Assembly: GCF_009914755.1 (NCBI RefSeq)
Contig: NC_060928.1
Source of the DNA: the human T2T-CHM13v2.0 reference genome, Homo sapiens
DNA: 64,000 nt
Direction: 5' to 3' (one strand)
The notes beneath the pieces are model-generated. The model was not told where the DNA came from, searched no databases, and saw only the letters and a program-made list of their open reading frames with translations. Below are positions 60,401 through 64,000 of the stretch, piece by piece. The position numbers and the translations under genes are program-made. The stretch's first letter is position 1. Each line of letters opens with the position of its first letter.

Positions 60401-60689
60401 GGAACTGGCTAACAAGTAGGTAATCTCCCCAAATCTTATCATCTCCTTTGTTAAAAGGGGAAATTAAGAGTATCCACATTATAAAGGAAAATCATGTAGC
60501 ACAGTGGTTGGCACATAAAAATAGTAGATACATGTTAACTATTCTCCTGATTCTTCTCTTCCTCCTCATCTCCTTTTTTACTCTTAAAGAGAAAGAATTG
60601 AAAAAATATTGATTAGTACTATATTCCAAGCACTATTTTATCACTAAGCCTACAAACATAAATAAGTTCTAGTTCCTGCCCTCATTCCC

Positions 60690-61133
60690 ACTTTTCTTTT
60701 TTCAAAGTTTTATTTTGTTTTTATTGGCACACAATAATTGTAGATATTTATGGGGTACAGTGTGATGTTTCAATAAATGATAACATTGTATAATGATCAA
60801 ATCAGGATAATTAGCATATCTATCACCTCAAATATTTATTATTTCTTTGGGGTAAGAGCATTCAAAATCCTCTCTTTCAGGAATTTTGAAGTATACAATA
60901 CATTATTGTTAACTACAGTCACTCTATTTTGCAATAGAACAACAGAACTCATTCCTTCTGTCTAATTGCAACTTTGTACCCATTAACCAAACTCTTCCAC
61001 TACCCCCACAACACAGCCTCTGGTAACCATTTTTCTATTCTATGATACCCACTTCTATGATATCCACCTTGAAAAATTCTTTTTCTACCTCTATGATATC
61101 CACTTTGAAAAATTCCATGTATGAATGAAATCA
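60690..61133 (-). mobile_element. L1MA 3' end
   Basis: TATTTATGGGGTACAGTGTGATGTTTCAATA...AGCATATCTATCACCTCAAA...TTGTACCCATTAACCAA. Confidence 0.9.
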
Positions 61134-61325
61134 TCACACATTGAGGCCTGTTGTGGGGTGGGGGCAGGGGGGAGGGATAGCATTAGGAGATATACCTAAT
61201 GTAAATGATGAGTTAATGGGTACAGCACACCAACATGGCACATGTATACATATGTAACAAACATGTATGTTGTGTACATGTACCCTAGAACTTAAAGTAT
61301 AATAAAGAAACAAACCAAATAAAAC
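61134..61325 (+). mobile_element. L1PA 3' terminal fragment (about 190 bp)
   Basis: GGGGGGAGGGATAGCATTAGGAGATATACCTAATGTAAATG...TACCCTAGAACTTAAAGTATAATAAA. Confidence 0.95.
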
Positions 61326-61751
61326 TATCAAATTTCAGATAATTATAGAAATAGTTAGAGAGAATAATAGAGTTAAATATATGTAGGAAAAAGTTTTTCT
61401 TGAATAACTTTTTGAATTAGGCAAATCCAATTATTGAGCCATCATTAAATGGCCTCAAAAAGCTTTAAGATGTTGTCTAGTCTTGTCCTAACCTCTAAAA
61501 GAAACCATTTGCAAACTTATGAAGGCTAATGTTGTCCAACAAAATGACTTGTTCATAGAAATTATAAAAAACCATTTTCCCAGTGACATTATGACATAAA
61601 TAGTAAACAAAGTAAAATAGGTAGCAGAGAAAGTAGATATACCATCTATGTTCAGAAAATTAATAAATATATTTCTCTTCTATAGACATTCTCTCACATT
61701 ATAATCAGTTGTCTAGTGGCCTTACAATCACATGTCATGTACAAAGACATC

Positions 61752-62112
61752 TCCTATGGACCGAATGTTTGTGTTCACGGAAATTCATTAATGAAAATTC
61801 AAACACCCAAAGTGATGGTCTTAGGAGGTGGGGCCTTTGAGAGGTGATCAGGTCATGAGTGTGGAGTCTTCATGAGCAAGATTAGTGCCGTTATAAAAGA
61901 CGTGAAAAGAGCTCTCTTGTTTTTCCATCATGTGAGGACACAGTAAGATTGCTGTGTGTGAAGCAGGAGGCGGGTCCTCAGCAGACACCAAATCTGCCAG
62001 CACCTTGATCTTGAACTTTCCAGCCTCCAGATCTGTGAGAAATAAATTGTTATTGTTTAAGCCACCCAGGCAATTGTATATTCTCTTATAGCAGCCTGAA
62101 CTGATGAAGACA
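61752..62112 (+). mobile_element. MaLR solo LTR (MLT1A0-like)
   Basis: CTATGGACCGAATGTTTGTG...GGAGGTGGGGCCTTTG...CCAGCCTCCAGA.CTGTGAGAAATAAA...AAGACA. Confidence 0.9.
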
Positions 62113-64000
62113 GCATGTAGACAAGGTTACCCATGTTTTCCTCCTTAACAAGGATTCTAAAATTAAGCTGTGTTTCTGTGTTTTAGAAGAGACATGTGTC
62201 CAACTCACTACAATCTTTATATTTTAAAAAGTAAAGTGTGCATTAATTTGATGACTTGCATATTATATATTTATCAACAATTAAAATAGCACAAATAACA
62301 AAACAGACATAAATAGATTGGTTAATTTGGGTCAAAATAGTTTATTATTAGAAATAACATTTTGTCAGGCAATTAAAGTACTGTGAATGAGTAATAGCAA
62401 TAGATCCTCATATTAAGGTCATTTTGTGTGTGTGTATAAAAATGATGCCTATACTAAATATCTGAAATCTTAACATGGAGAGAGAATTAGCTTAAGATCA
62501 GTATAACAATTTAAACTTTGCAATAGAGACCAGGAAATTTAACCACTGTTTCATTCATTTGAGAAATCTCTTCAGAATGCCTAAGGGTTGAAACAGACTA
62601 AACTGAAATGTGGTGGAGTACTCCATCCCCAGACATACCCGTCTTGAATTACACAGAGCAACTGCTGTAGACTTCACCACAAAAAAGACAGAGTGCTCTG
62701 AAATGCACTGTGAAGGACAACCTGCTTGCATTCCTGCTAGATTAAACAATATGTTTCTGCATCTGACCAGATGAATTTTTTCGATAACATCAAACCCCAA
62801 ATCCAAAAACTTTCAGCAGCCAGACATTTAGTTCAAAATCTTCCCTAATTGTTGCCAACACAGCAGCTGCCAGGAGCCCAGATCTGACCAACAGAGCATT
62901 TTCCATTATCCTACAACAAAGAGGGTGATGAAAGGAGATCCTCCCTCTCCAGGACTATCTGATTTGGCTTAGATTTGGAGGAAAGTTGGGGGGAGGGGAA
63001 AGGGAAAATAACAAAATATTTTGGCCAGTTTAGGATAATGGGAAAGTCCCTAAATAGTCCTCTGAGTTCTAAAAGCTTTCTCATCTTTGGGAGTAAGAGA
63101 GCTGCCAGAATGTATGCAATCTTATTTTTAGTCTCATTCTTTGGAAAGAATTGTATTTCCCAAACTTCACCAAGTTCACTGAAAGGTTAAAGGGTAAATA
63201 TATGGCTGATGAGAGTGCTGTCCTGCTTATTAGAAGAAATGAGCTGGATGAAATGGATGACTATCTCCCACTTTTCTAAAACTAAGAGGAAACCACATAT
63301 CATTGAAACCCATTGAGGCAAAAAACAGACTAAATGTAAGTCATGACTATCCAAATAATCCAGAATAGAGTTATGCCATCAGGATTGCCTTTCATAGTCT
63401 GTTCTAGTTTATTTAAAAGGAGAGACAGGGATTATGGTCATCAGAACATTCTACAGAAATGTTCGAGAGTCAAAGTCCCTAATCATGTGTTCAGCCACTG
63501 CTCACCCATGGATTAACATTGTGATCAGCACAATAAAGGTCTAGGCCTCACATAGGTATGGTAAATTCTTCTTATAAAGATGTCTTAGAAACCTGGAAAT
63601 CCCTCAGCCCTGTGGAAAGGTAGTGCCAGGACACAAGTCATTGCTAATGAGCCCCAGAAGAAAAAGTAACACAGTAATGTGAATGTAAACCTTATTCAGT
63701 AGCAGTTTTTCCAGCAGCTCCCATTTGCTGAACATTATGCTAGAACCTGGGGAATCCCCATCCTTTGGGAAATTGTTCAATGCACCTTTAATGATTAAGT
63801 GCAATGTGATAAGTACCATAAGTGATACATCCACATTTTGTGGAATTGAGATAAGAAACAATTCACAATTCACAATATCTGGAAGAAATAGAGTCTTGAA
63901 CTATGGATTCAAGTAAATCCCAGGAAGGGATCACTGGGTAAATCCAGTGATTTACCCAGAAAAACTAAGGGTAAATGCAGGTTGATTATTCCTCATCTGA

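Overview
AT-rich, repeat-dense primate (very probably human) intergenic or intronic DNA. I find no credible cellular protein-coding exon, and the listed ORFs are repeat-derived or chance. The main element is a complete 5.8-kb HERV-H provirus on + (47709-53551). It has two 453-bp LTR7-type LTRs, a 5-bp TSD (TTTAC), a perfect tRNA-His PBS, a strong major splice donor, dead gag/pro/pol and a deleted env. The rest is nested old L1s (1-9220), Alus, MaLR/ERV solo LTRs, DNA transposons, L2/MIR and microsatellites. Best leads: (i) 13 of 14 LTR-LTR differences appear to be on the 5' LTR and about half are transversions, while the one 3'-specific change breaks the SOX-type motif that the 5' LTR keeps, which suggests an embryo/ESC-active LTR7up-like promoter; (ii) candidate + strand lncRNA exons, with a terminal exon ending about 1.2 kb upstream of the provirus; (iii) two MADE1/miR-548-like hairpins just downstream of the 3' LTR. 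Repeat subfamily names come from recalled consensus sequences and need RepeatMasker/Dfam confirmation. I could not identify the locus by name.
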